NCBI GenBank assembly: GCA_032249135.1
Contig: JAVVGL010000001.1
Location: 126,504 to 190,503 of the forward strand
From: Candidatus Calescibacterium sp.
GTDB taxonomy: Bacteria; Calescibacteriota; Calescibacteriia; Calescibacteriales; Calescibacteriaceae
Reading direction: 5' to 3'
Length of the DNA stretch: 64,000 bases
The notes below the pieces were generated by a model, which saw nothing but the letters and a program-made list of their open reading frames with translations, searched no databases and had not been told where the DNA came from. The stretch's first letter is position 1. Every line of letters starts with the position of its first letter. The translations under genes were made by a program, and so were the position numbers. Shown in pieces: positions 18,585 through 28,279 of this stretch.

Positions 18585-19487
18585 TTAAGATTCGTATTCA
18601 AGTTTCCTTTTGAGCTCCTCCCTTTGCCTCATAAGCCAATACTCTCTTATAATTTTTCTATCGCCCTCCGATATTTCTGTGAATTGAAGACCAAGTCGGG
18701 TTTTCTTTTGCTCCCCATCACCTATAAACCTTACCTCCGCTTTCGTAGAAACTATTGCCCACTCATGTTTTTTCTGATTTTCCTTTGTTGGAAGCCTGAA
18801 AGATAACCTTACTATGTCCATCATCTTCACCCTATCCTTCGGGACTTCAACATCTAATCCCATCCCGTTTTCGTTTATATCTACCATATTGCCTTTGAAT
18901 ACGCCGCCCCATGGGAACTCAATATTTACCTCTATTGGCTCTGCGGGATTTGGCTTAACTCTGAAAGCGGACCTACCAGCCTTTCTTTCTATCTTTTCTG
19001 GGAAGGAAAAAATAAGAGATGTTTTGTATGTGCCTTTGAAGATTGACTCAAATGAATATTTACCAAAAGAGTCAGAATACTCAAACTCAACTTTATCTCC
19101 AACTTTCAACTTTTCCTTATATTTCGGATTTTCAAATTCTTTCATCAAAACTATATACTCTCCTCCCTTCGTCATTGCGACTTTTTCTACTGTGGTAAAG
19201 TAAGACCTTTCGTCCCCTGGGATTTTGGCTTTGAGTGGCAGTTGGTACTTAGCAAGCTCCTGGATATGTTTTATTCTTACTGGTTCTTTATGGAGCTCTT
19301 CAACATAAAAAAGTGCTACCTCTTTCTGTTCTGCTCCTTCTTGCATATTTATAATTTTATTAATTTTTTCTTTATTAATTTTTTCTTCTGAAATATTCTT
19401 TGCAAAAATCTTTTGGAAATTTTGTTTTTCATATTTTTTCTTTTCTTCTTCATCTTTTTTTCTTGCAAATAAACTTCCAAAAATCAT
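18585..19487 (-). CDS. PilZ-domain (c-di-GMP-binding, YcgR-like) protein, putative
   Basis: RxxxR-like motif (RSAFRV) followed ~25 aa later by D-x-N/S-x-x-G (VDINENGMGL), characteristic of PilZ. Located at the head of the flgK-flgL cluster. Confidence 0.45.
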   Translation of the reverse strand: MIFGSLFARKKDEEEKKKYEKQNFQKIFAKNISEEKINKEKINKIINMQEGAEQKEVALFYVEELHKEPVRIKHIQELAKYQLPLKAKIPGDERSYFTTVEKVAMTKGGEYIVLMKEFENPKYKEKLKVGDKVEFEYSDSFGKYSFESIFKGTYKTSLIFSFPEKIERKAGRSAFRVKPNPAEPIEVNIEFPWGGVFKGNMVDINENGMGLDVEVPKDRVKMMDIVRLSFRLPTKENQKKHEWAIVSTKAEVRFIGDGEQKKTRLGLQFTEISEGDRKIIREYWLMRQREELKRKLEYES

Positions 19488-19787
19488 GTTTTTTTCACCT
19501 CCTTTCTATTTTATATCGTAATTATTGTTAAAAATATTTTCCAAATTTTCAAGATTTTTTCCTCAAATTTATTTTTTGATAAAGAAAAATCCATTAATTT
19601 TTGTTTATTCTTTTATCAAAATTGATAAAATAGTTAGTAAAGCTAAATAACAATTTCAAGATTTGAATTTAAAAATCAGCTATGTACATTATGCATTTTT
19701 TATTTTTTATTATTTTATTATTTTTTATTCGGAAATTTTGAGAGTTCAATTTATTTATCTTTTTTCTTTTTTTGGAATTTTCATACC

Positions 19788-20162
19788 TTGAAACTTATTT
19801 TACAATTTTTCTATATGAGAAAGATTGCTGATATATCCTCTGCTCTTTCTGATATTTTGAAAGAATACGATAAAGAAATTTGGGCTGAATTTGTAATATC
19901 AAATAACTGGAATAAAATAGCTGGTAAAAAGAGAAAAGCCTATTCTTTAAAGTTGCGAGGAGGAATACTGAGAATTTCAACTCCTGACTCAACTTTACGC
20001 AATTTTCTCCTGAATCAGAAAAAACTTGTTTTAGATAAGATAAATGAAATACTCGGCGAGAAAATGGTGAATGATATAGAAGTTTTTGGAATCAGCCAAC
20101 CCATTTTCAAGATGTTCTCACAAAAACTGAAAAGTAAAGAAAAAACAAAAGAAGGAGAGTAA
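19788..20162 (+). CDS. DUF721/DciA-family protein
   Basis: W..IAG....AYSLKLRGGILRISTPDSTLRNFL...KKLVLDKIN matches the DUF721 (DciA-like) core (W..IVG...A.HT.P..L..G.L.V.V.SS.WA.EL). Confidence 0.55.
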   Translation: MKLILQFFYMRKIADISSALSDILKEYDKEIWAEFVISNNWNKIAGKKRKAYSLKLRGGILRISTPDSTLRNFLLNQKKLVLDKINEILGEKMVNDIEVFGISQPIFKMFSQKLKSKEKTKEGE

Positions 20163-20325
20163 AAAAAGAATAAAGAATAAAAAAAGAATCAGGAAAGAAA
20201 AAATAAAGAAAAAATGGTAAATTCAAAAAGTGAAAGTATAGGTAAAAGAAAATAGAATGTAGAAAGAATGAATAGATAGGAAGAAGGAGAAGGAAAAGAA
20301 GAAGAAAAGGTGGAAGAAGAGGAAG

Positions 20326-20784
20326 ATGATGATGAAAATTTTCAGATGGATTGGATTTTTTATAGTTGAACTTTATATTGCGCTCAAAAATATTTTTGGC
20401 AAAGAAAAAGCTCTCAAAATTATGAAGAATTTTATGACCCTTTTAGGAAAGACAAGAGCCCCAGTGATGGCAAAAATCCTCAAGGTAAATCCATCAGATA
20501 TATCTTCTTTAACAAAAATACAAGATGCAGAAGATTTAATATTGGGAGTAAAAGGTATCTGGTCTGAAAGAGAAAAAAATCTAGCTATAAAAGATGAACT
20601 TTTCTGTCCTTTTGCTCAGAAACTGAAAAGACACTCAGAATTTTGCCACATACTTGTGAAAGAGTTTGAAATAGCTACTTTTAGAACTCTCAATCCAAAC
20701 TATGAATTAGAAATTGAGGGGAAACTTCTTTCAGATGGAGGGAAATATTGTAGATTTATTCACAAGATAAAACAAAGTAAATAA
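20326..20784 (+). CDS. Hypothetical protein
   Basis: 152-aa ORF with good coding appearance. Preceded by a ~170-nt polypurine tract. No recognisable motif. Confidence 0.4.
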   Translation: MMMKIFRWIGFFIVELYIALKNIFGKEKALKIMKNFMTLLGKTRAPVMAKILKVNPSDISSLTKIQDAEDLILGVKGIWSEREKNLAIKDELFCPFAQKLKRHSEFCHILVKEFEIATFRTLNPNYELEIEGKLLSDGGKYCRFIHKIKQSK

Positions 20785-20795
20785 CTTCTTTATCT

Positions 20796-22520
20796 ATGAA
20801 TAAAATCGTAATCGGAGCGGATCACGCAGGTTTTGAGCTGAAAGAGAAAATAAAACTGTTTTTAAAAGAGAAAGGATTTGAAGTAGAAGATAAAGGAACT
20901 TTCTCACACGATAGAGTTGATTATCCTGATTTTGCCCGTCTCGTCGCAGAAGATGTATCGTTGGGTAAAGCTGATCTAGGAATACTTGTGTGTGGTACGG
21001 GAATAGGGATGAGTATAGTTGCGAACAAGTTCCCCAAAGTCAGAGCTGCCTTGATTTTCAACGAATACACTGCAAGAATGGCAAAAGCACACACAAATGC
21101 AAATATACTTGTGTTTTCCGGAAGGGTTATATCACCAGAATATGCAAAGGTTTTGCTTTCTACTTTCCTTGAAACGAGTTTTGAAGGAAATCGCCATCAA
21201 GAAAGAATAGAAAAAATAATTGATATAGAAAATGAAATATTGAACTCTTTCGCTTCCTATTTCAGAGAACTACGGAGATTTGATCCAGAAGTTTTTGATG
21301 CAATAGTCAAGGAAGTAGAGAAACAGGAAACTATGATAAATCTTGTGGCTTCAGAAAATCTCACAAGTTTGAGAGTCCTTTCAGCTCTTTTTAATCCAAT
21401 GAACAACAAATACGCAGAAGGCTATCCGGGGAAAAGATATTATGGAGGATGCGAGTTCGTTGATGTTGTTGAGGAATTAGCCCGAGAGCGAGTTAAAAAA
21501 CTTTTTTCAGCAGAATATGCAAATGTGCAACCTCACTCGGGAACACAAGCTAACCAGGCGATTTATCTTATGTGCCTTGAACCGGGAGATAAGATTTTAA
21601 GTATGGATCTTGCTTCCGGGGGACATCTTTCTCACGGTGCTCGTGTTAATTTTTCTGGGAAGCTATATAAACCGGTCTTTTATACTGTCGACCGCAAAAC
21701 CCATCTTATAGATATGGATATGGTCAGAGACATTGCTAAAAAAGAAAGACCGAAAATTATAGTTGCTGGTGCCTCATCTTACCCAAGAGCAATAGATTTC
21801 AAAGCTTTTTCCGATATAGCAAAAGAAGTTGGAGCTTTCTTTCTGGCAGATATTGCTCACCCTGCTGGACTAGTTGCTGCAGGATTTTATCCTTCTCCTG
21901 TACCCTATGCTGATTTTGTCACATTCACAACGCACAAAACTTTGAGGGGACCAAGAGGTGCTGTAATTTTGTCTCGGTCCGAGTTTTCAAAGAAAATAGA
22001 TTCTGCTGTCTTCCCGGGCTCGCAAGGAGGCCCATTTATGCATGTTATAGCAGCAAAAGCTGTGTGCTTCAAAGAAGCTATGCAACCTGAATTCAAAAAT
22101 TATGCAGAACAGGTAATAAAGAACGCCAAAGTTCTTGCTGATGAATTTATGAAAAGAGGTTATAAGGTTATAACAGGAGGAACAGATTCTCATATAGTCC
22201 TGATTGATGTGTCATCAAAAGGAGTATCAGGTGGGGATGTTGAGCGAGAACTATATAAAGCCGGTATAGTTTTGAATAAAAATGTTATACCTTTTGACTC
22301 AAGACCTCCTATGAACCCATCTGGAATAAGAATAGGAACTCCTGCTGTTACAACGAGAGGAATGAAGGAAGAGGAAATGAGACAAATTGCTTCAATGATA
22401 GATGAAGTGATATCTTCTGGTTTTTCAGAAGAAGTTATCTTGAAGGTGAGAAATTCCGTTGCAGAACTTTGTAGAAGGTTTCCATTTTATTCAGATTTCA
22501 TACAAAAAGTCCTTTCATAG
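20796..22520 (+). CDS. Fusion of ribose-5-phosphate isomerase B (N-terminal) and serine hydroxymethyltransferase (C-terminal)
   Basis: Residues 1-~145: MNKIVIGADHAGFELKEKI...ILVCGTGIGMSIVANKFPKVRAAL (RpiB/LacAB family). Residues ~160-574: LVASENLTSLRVLSA...YAEGYPGKRYYGGCEFVD...TTHKTLRGPRGAVIL (SHMT PLP-lysine motif). One uninterrupted ORF. Confidence 0.85.
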   Translation: MNKIVIGADHAGFELKEKIKLFLKEKGFEVEDKGTFSHDRVDYPDFARLVAEDVSLGKADLGILVCGTGIGMSIVANKFPKVRAALIFNEYTARMAKAHTNANILVFSGRVISPEYAKVLLSTFLETSFEGNRHQERIEKIIDIENEILNSFASYFRELRRFDPEVFDAIVKEVEKQETMINLVASENLTSLRVLSALFNPMNNKYAEGYPGKRYYGGCEFVDVVEELARERVKKLFSAEYANVQPHSGTQANQAIYLMCLEPGDKILSMDLASGGHLSHGARVNFSGKLYKPVFYTVDRKTHLIDMDMVRDIAKKERPKIIVAGASSYPRAIDFKAFSDIAKEVGAFFLADIAHPAGLVAAGFYPSPVPYADFVTFTTHKTLRGPRGAVILSRSEFSKKIDSAVFPGSQGGPFMHVIAAKAVCFKEAMQPEFKNYAEQVIKNAKVLADEFMKRGYKVITGGTDSHIVLIDVSSKGVSGGDVERELYKAGIVLNKNVIPFDSRPPMNPSGIRIGTPAVTTRGMKEEEMRQIASMIDEVISSGFSEEVILKVRNSVAELCRRFPFYSDFIQKVLS

Positions 22521-22560
22521 ATTTTTTCTTGAAATTTCTTATACTTTCTCTTAAATTTAT

Positions 22561-23085
22561 TCACTCGACTTCTTCCTTTATTCCTGATATTTCTCTATGT
22601 CTTTCTAATATCTTGTGCGGATCAATAAGAGTTATTGAACCTCGCGGAGTATTTACTCTTCCTATTATTATTTCTCTGAACTTTATGCCCACTTTTGGTG
22701 CCTCAGATATTGAATTTGGAGATATAGTTTCAATAAAGACATTATCAGCAATCAAACATACTGGTGATACATCCTTCAAAGCCCTAACTATTATTCCTAA
22801 TTTTTGGCTTATTTGTTCCTTTATTTCTCCTATTTCAAAGAAAGATAAAATATCAAATACTGGAACTATTTCTCCCCTGATATATATAAGTCCTTTTAGG
22901 TATTTTATATCAGAATGAACATACAAAATATCATCTGATAGTTTTATCACTTCTTCAAGGTATTCTATACCTAAGCCATATATTTCCTCTCCTACACTTG
23001 CACATATTATCTTTATATCTTTCTGGAAAGATGGAAGAACTCTTAATTTTTCCCTCATAAAATAAAATTTAAAAAAGAGATTCAA
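22561..23085 (-). CDS. cheW: Chemotaxis coupling protein CheW
   Basis: CheW-like domain: LGIEYLEEVIKLSDDILYVHSDIKYLKGLIYIRGEIVPVFDILSFF...GIIVRALKDVSPVCLIADNV. 174 aa. Confidence 0.8.
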   Translation of the reverse strand: MNLFFKFYFMREKLRVLPSFQKDIKIICASVGEEIYGLGIEYLEEVIKLSDDILYVHSDIKYLKGLIYIRGEIVPVFDILSFFEIGEIKEQISQKLGIIVRALKDVSPVCLIADNVFIETISPNSISEAPKVGIKFREIIIGRVNTPRGSITLIDPHKILERHREISGIKEEVE

Positions 23086-23109
23086 TAAAAACTTGCATAT
23101 TAAAATAAA

Positions 23110-24144
23110 GTGATGTCAAGAGAGGAAAAAGATGTAAGCGAAAAATATGAGGTTGCAACTTTGGCAGGTGGTTGCTTTTGGTGTCTTGATGAAGTATTTG
23201 ATAAAATAGAGGGAGTTATTGAAACAAAAGTTGGTTATGCAGGCGGATTTAAAGAGAATCCAACTTATGAAGAAGTTTGCTCAGGAACTACAGGACATCT
23301 TGAAGCTATTCAAATAAAATTTGATCCAACTGTTTTATCTTACAAAGAAGTTCTTCTTATTTTCTTTATGAATATAGACCCACAAGATCCGGATGGTCAA
23401 TTTGCAGATAGAGGTCCGCAGTACAGAACCGCTATTTTTTATCATAACGAGGAACAAAAATACATCGCAGAGGAAACAAAAAAGTACATCGAAAAATTAT
23501 TTGGATATGTTGCAACCGAAATAAGACCTTTTGTAAATTTCTATCCTGCCGAAGAATACCATCAAAAGTACTTCAAGAAAAATCCAATAAGGTACTGCCT
23601 TTATAAATTCTTTTCTGGAAGGGAAAATTTCGTAAAAAACATATGGGGAGATAAAATCTTTTTCAAGTTAAAGCAGCATCCAAAATATAAAAGACCACCA
23701 GATGATCAGATAAAAAAACTATTGACCCCTTTACAGTACTATGTGACACAAGAAGGTGGAACAGAACCACCATTTGAAAATGAGTATTGGAATAACAAAG
23801 CTCCCGGAATATATGTTGATGTTGTGTCCGGAGAACCCTTATTTTCTTCTCTTGACAAATTTGACTCTGGAACTGGTTGGCCATCTTTTACAAAACCTCT
23901 TGAACCAGATAACATAATATATAAAGTTGATACAAGTTATGGGATGATAAGAATAGAGGTAAGAAGTAGATATGCAAATAGCCACTTGGGACATGTTTTT
24001 GACGATGGTCCTCCTCCAACTGGTTTGAGGTATTGTATAAATTCAGCTGCTTTGAGATTCATCCCACTTGAAAACCTTGAAAAAGAAGGATACGGAGAAT
24101 ATGTAAAACTCTTTGAAGAGAGAAGCAAAAATAAAAGCAAATAG
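23110..24144 (+). CDS. msrAB: Bifunctional peptide methionine sulfoxide reductase MsrA/MsrB
   Basis: MsrA active site [11 protein letters not shown] at the N-terminus. MsrB SelR domain at the C-terminus ([28 protein letters not shown]...[11 protein letters not shown] with catalytic Cys). Confidence 0.9.
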   Translation: MMSREEKDVSEKYEVATLAGGCFWCLDEVFDKIEGVIETKVGYAGGFKENPTYEEVCSGTTGHLEAIQIKFDPTVLSYKEVLLIFFMNIDPQDPDGQFADRGPQYRTAIFYHNEEQKYIAEETKKYIEKLFGYVATEIRPFVNFYPAEEYHQKYFKKNPIRYCLYKFFSGRENFVKNIWGDKIFFKLKQHPKYKRPPDDQIKKLLTPLQYYVTQEGGTEPPFENEYWNNKAPGIYVDVVSGEPLFSSLDKFDSGTGWPSFTKPLEPDNIIYKVDTSYGMIRIEVRSRYANSHLGHVFDDGPPPTGLRYCINSAALRFIPLENLEKEGYGEYVKLFEERSKNKSK

Positions 24145-24154
24145 TTAGTAATAA

Positions 24155-25012
24155 ATGAATAACTATAATTATCATCAGCTTCACGATATTCTTGCAGTTA
24201 CAGTCTCCTACAACAATTTTGAAGGTTTAAAATCTTTGTGTGAAAATCTTCTTTCCCAAAGTCTTAAACCTAAAAAAATTTTTGTTGTTGATAATGCGTC
24301 AGAAGATGATACGCCAAAGATAAAAGAGCTTTTTCCTGAATTTGTGATATATAAAAGACTTCCAAAAAACTTAGGAGCAGATGGTGGATATTACTATGCT
24401 TTATCTTTTGCATATAAAATTTCCGACTTTATCTTTACAACAGATGATGACACTTTGTATCAGGAAGATGCCCTACATGAACTTTTTTTTGGTTTCTTGG
24501 AGCTTGAGAAAAAATTCTGTGTCGGAGCTGTAAGATGTGCATGGGAAGGATTTGAAGGAAATGAGCCGAAAGAGGTTTTCTCTTCTGTCTGGACAGGAGT
24601 TCTTTTTAAGTCAGCTGTTTTAAAAGTTGTTGGGTTTCCTCGCAAAGATTTTTTTATATATGGCGGGGATGATGAATTCTTTACAAGAATGACAAAAAAA
24701 GGCTTCAAATTTTTTCTTATTCCATCGGCAAAATATCTTTCAAGACCATCGCGACATAAAGCTCAATATTCTGTTTTTGGAAGAAAGATAAGTTTTTACC
24801 CTGATGATTTCAGGCTTTACTATTCAATAAGAAACGAAACTTTCATATACTCGCGCATCAAAAGAAAAGACTTTCTAAAAGTTTTGAGGAGAATCTTAAT
24901 CCTGTCTTTAATAATCAGAGATAAAAACAAAGTAAAAACTATCTTTGAGGGATTTTTTGATGGGATTTTTGGAATACTCGGAGAAAATAAAAAGTACTCT
25001 ACAAAAAGATAA
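24155..25012 (+). CDS. Family-2 glycosyltransferase
   Basis: AVTVSYNNFEGLKSLCENLLSQSLKPKKIFVVDNASEDDT (GT2 N-terminal DxD-containing Rossmann region). TDDDT motif. Confidence 0.75.
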   Translation: MNNYNYHQLHDILAVTVSYNNFEGLKSLCENLLSQSLKPKKIFVVDNASEDDTPKIKELFPEFVIYKRLPKNLGADGGYYYALSFAYKISDFIFTTDDDTLYQEDALHELFFGFLELEKKFCVGAVRCAWEGFEGNEPKEVFSSVWTGVLFKSAVLKVVGFPRKDFFIYGGDDEFFTRMTKKGFKFFLIPSAKYLSRPSRHKAQYSVFGRKISFYPDDFRLYYSIRNETFIYSRIKRKDFLKVLRRILILSLIIRDKNKVKTIFEGFFDGIFGILGENKKYSTKR

Positions 25013-25032
25013 AAAGAAAAAAACTTTCATTT

Positions 25033-26817
25033 TCAAATATCAATCCTTACCTCATATATATAGAATTTTTTCGTTCTATATATCTCTTTTAGGAAAAACT
25101 CAGATTCTGTTTTTTCCCTCTCCCTTATTACATATTTTACTTCAAACTTATTTATGAGTTCTTTTAGTTTATTTCTATCTAATTTTTCAAACTCTTCAAG
25201 AAATTTTTCTTGAATTTCTTTTTTATTTTGCGGTTTTTCTATCGGGATTCCTATCTCGCCCATGATTCCCCTGAGTTCATATATGGTTGGATTTTCTCTC
25301 AAAAGCTCAATATAATTTGCAACAATACTTTTTACTTCCTCCAAATCAAATCCTTGGAGTTTCATATCAACTATATTTCTTTCAAAAATTTCTCTATCTC
25401 CTATGTAAGTGAAAATATATGTCTTTGGGTTAAGCTGTGGGATTAGAGTTTCTCTAAAAATTACAGCCGACAAATTTTTTGGTAATGATATGACTTCATT
25501 TTCTTTTACTTTGGTTTTTATAAAATCTGAGATCTTATCATACTCACTTTTCAAAATAATTTGTTCTCTTACATGTTTCAAAGTTGCAACACTTTCAATA
25601 AATATTTTTTCCGATGATACAAAGATTCCACAGAATAACGCTGGAACCACAAAGCTTATTGTCAAGTTTGCAGCTGGACTTACATAATCAAGAACATTTT
25701 TCAATTTTGTCCTTGAAACTACATCATATATAGCAGAAAATATAGCTATAATAGAGAAAATGTAGAAAGCGTAATAAAAATGTCTTTCTTGTATTGTTAT
25801 TTTTGTGATAGCGTTTTGATAACCTAAAATCAAACCAGAAATCAGGATAAAAAATAAAACTTTTCCTTTCCATCCCTTCCGCAAAAGATATGAGGCTGAA
25901 ATTACACCTAAAACAATAATTACATAGTTTCTTTTTTCCTGAGCAAATTCAAATCTTTCCGCTCCAAACTTTGTAAAAAGAATAGCTCTCATCAACATAG
26001 CCTCTGAGTTAGGGTTCTGTGTTTGAAGAAAATTAAATACGACTGCTGGTAAAGCTACAAAAAAAGCAATCAATGAAATTTGTATTAGCTCTTTTCTCTT
26101 TCCTTTTGAGAAAATAAGTAAAAGGAAGATAAAAAGTAGAGCATGTATATAGTAGTAAAATTGACCGTAAAAGTTCAAACCAAATATTATACCGCAAATT
26201 ATCTTTTCTTTAAAATTTAGATTTCTTTTGTCATCAATTCTTATGATAAAGTACACAAATAAAATAAAGAGTAAGATGAGAGGATTAGGATTAAATGCTC
26301 TGTGAATTATAAAACCAAAAAAAGCGGAGTGAGGAAAATTCATATCTCCTTGAGCAAATTTTAGAAGAGGAGAGACATTTAAGACTATGATGGAAAGTGT
26401 AAGAAAAGCAAAATGACTTTCTTCAATAAATCTTTTTATTACGGCAAATGTCAGCAGAGGTATAAATATAACTCCAAAAATTTTCAGGAAAACATTAACA
26501 TACGAAAAACTGTGGAAAATCTCATATACTGCTCTACAAAGGAGCAAAAATAGTGGCAAAGTAAAACATTTTTCATTTTTTACCTCACAAAACCCACATC
26601 CGTGTATAAAAATATTTATCCAGTTATCTTCATCTCCCGACATTGTGAAGGGGAAATCATACTTTATGACAAGATATAAATAGGGGAGAAATACGAGCGA
26701 TGAGAAGGCAAGTAATCCTGCTATTTCGTAGAAGGAAAAAACTTTTCTACTTCTATTTTCTTGGACTAATTCTAATCTTGATTTCTTGTCTTTGACAGCT
26801 TTTTCCGTTATTCTCAC
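25033..26817 (-). CDS. Large polytopic membrane protein (possibly glycosyltransferase-C/ArnT-like), function unknown
   Basis: 594 aa with >10 predicted TM helices followed by a soluble C-terminal domain. Convergent with the GT2 gene. Confidence 0.45.
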   Translation of the reverse strand: MRITEKAVKDKKSRLELVQENRSRKVFSFYEIAGLLAFSSLVFLPYLYLVIKYDFPFTMSGDEDNWINIFIHGCGFCEVKNEKCFTLPLFLLLCRAVYEIFHSFSYVNVFLKIFGVIFIPLLTFAVIKRFIEESHFAFLTLSIIVLNVSPLLKFAQGDMNFPHSAFFGFIIHRAFNPNPLILLFILFVYFIIRIDDKRNLNFKEKIICGIIFGLNFYGQFYYYIHALLFIFLLLIFSKGKRKELIQISLIAFFVALPAVVFNFLQTQNPNSEAMLMRAILFTKFGAERFEFAQEKRNYVIIVLGVISASYLLRKGWKGKVLFFILISGLILGYQNAITKITIQERHFYYAFYIFSIIAIFSAIYDVVSRTKLKNVLDYVSPAANLTISFVVPALFCGIFVSSEKIFIESVATLKHVREQIILKSEYDKISDFIKTKVKENEVISLPKNLSAVIFRETLIPQLNPKTYIFTYIGDREIFERNIVDMKLQGFDLEEVKSIVANYIELLRENPTIYELRGIMGEIGIPIEKPQNKKEIQEKFLEEFEKLDRNKLKELINKFEVKYVIREREKTESEFFLKEIYRTKKFYIYEVRIDI

Positions 26818-26834
26818 GATAATATTTTACTTTT

Positions 26835-28175
26835 TTGAATTTTATTTTTGTTTGTAAAATATTTTTAAAATTTCCAGCTTATATAAAAATGGGAACTTTT
26901 CACTTTTTGGTTCCAAATTTGGTTCTATTTATTGTACTTTCTCTTATTGCTACAAGAAGGATCGGGAAGTTTGAGCTGAAAATATGGCAAGTGATGACAG
27001 CAGGGGCAGTTATAGTCATTCTTACTCAAAGTATATCTTTTGAAGATGCATTTTACGCAATAGATTTTGATGTGATGCTTTTCCTTTTCAGCATGTTTGT
27101 TATAGGAGCTGCTCTTGAATACGGAGGCTTGATGGATGATTTTATCAAATCTATATCAAGTAAAATAAGAAATCCTCACATCGTTTTGTTTTTCGTTATT
27201 TTAGTTATGTCTCTATCTTCTGCTCTGCTTATGAATGATACTATTGCTGTTATAGGGACGCCAATTGTTCTTCGTATAGCCAAAAAGTATAATTTGCCAA
27301 AAAAAATTCTTTTGCTTTCGTTAGCTTTTTCGGTGACTTGCGGTAGTGTTATGAGTCCAATAGGTAATCCTCAAAACTTCATTATAGCAAATCATATAAA
27401 AGATAAAAACCAATTTTTTGTATTTATCTGGTATCTTGCTTTACCTACGTTTATTAACATTTTTTTGACTTTCCTTTGGATTGAGCTTTTGCTGAAAAAA
27501 GGTGGTTTTGCAACAAAAGAATTTTTTAAAACAGAATTAGCTCAGGTTGTTCATCAAAGTTCAGATGAATACACTCATCAAAGAGATAAATCTCTTTATT
27601 TCCTGTCAAAGATATCTTTGCTCTTTCTTTTATTTCTGATAATTTTAAGCGTTGTTCTTTCTTTTTTTGGTGTTAATTTGAAACTCGTTCATATCACCTT
27701 GTTTTCTGCTCTACCTATTTTGCTTTTTTCAAAAAAGAGATTTTTTATATTGAGAAAAGTTGATTGGCATACTCTTTTATTTTTTGCTTCTATGTTTGTT
27801 TTGATGAAATCTGTGTGGCAAACTGGGCTACCTGAAAAAATTATAAAAGATTTGGGTGGGAACCTATTGACCTTGGAGGGAATTTTTGCTTTGAGCTTGA
27901 TTTTAAGTCAAGTTTTTTCAAATGTTCCTCTTACCATGCTTTTTCTACCTATGATTGAGGGTGCTTCGGAAATTCATCTTATGGCTCTTGCGGCTGGAAG
28001 TACCATAGCAGGGAATTTATTTATACTCGGAGCTGCAAGCAATGTCATAATAATTCAAGGAGCCGAAAAGAGAGAAGGCGAAACAATTACATTTTTTGAA
28101 TTCGCAAGGGCAGGAATTCCACTAACAATGATAAATTCTTTGGTATACTACATTTTTTTAGTAGCTTGTTGTTAA
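26835..28175 (+). CDS. ArsB/NhaD-superfamily anion permease
   Basis: Duplicated-half transporter topology. SPIGNPQNFIIANH motif resembles the GNPxN signature of ArsB/NhaD/YbiR permeases. Confidence 0.6.
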   Translation: MNFIFVCKIFLKFPAYIKMGTFHFLVPNLVLFIVLSLIATRRIGKFELKIWQVMTAGAVIVILTQSISFEDAFYAIDFDVMLFLFSMFVIGAALEYGGLMDDFIKSISSKIRNPHIVLFFVILVMSLSSALLMNDTIAVIGTPIVLRIAKKYNLPKKILLLSLAFSVTCGSVMSPIGNPQNFIIANHIKDKNQFFVFIWYLALPTFINIFLTFLWIELLLKKGGFATKEFFKTELAQVVHQSSDEYTHQRDKSLYFLSKISLLFLLFLIILSVVLSFFGVNLKLVHITLFSALPILLFSKKRFFILRKVDWHTLLFFASMFVLMKSVWQTGLPEKIIKDLGGNLLTLEGIFALSLILSQVFSNVPLTMLFLPMIEGASEIHLMALAAGSTIAGNLFILGAASNVIIIQGAEKREGETITFFEFARAGIPLTMINSLVYYIFLVACC

Positions 28176-28279
28176 AATGAAAGTTGGTAAAACAAAAATT
28201 CTGTGATTTCAAATTTCATATCATTTCAAAGTATTGATATGGTGTTTTTTGACCCTCCAAAACTTCTCCCAATTGATAA

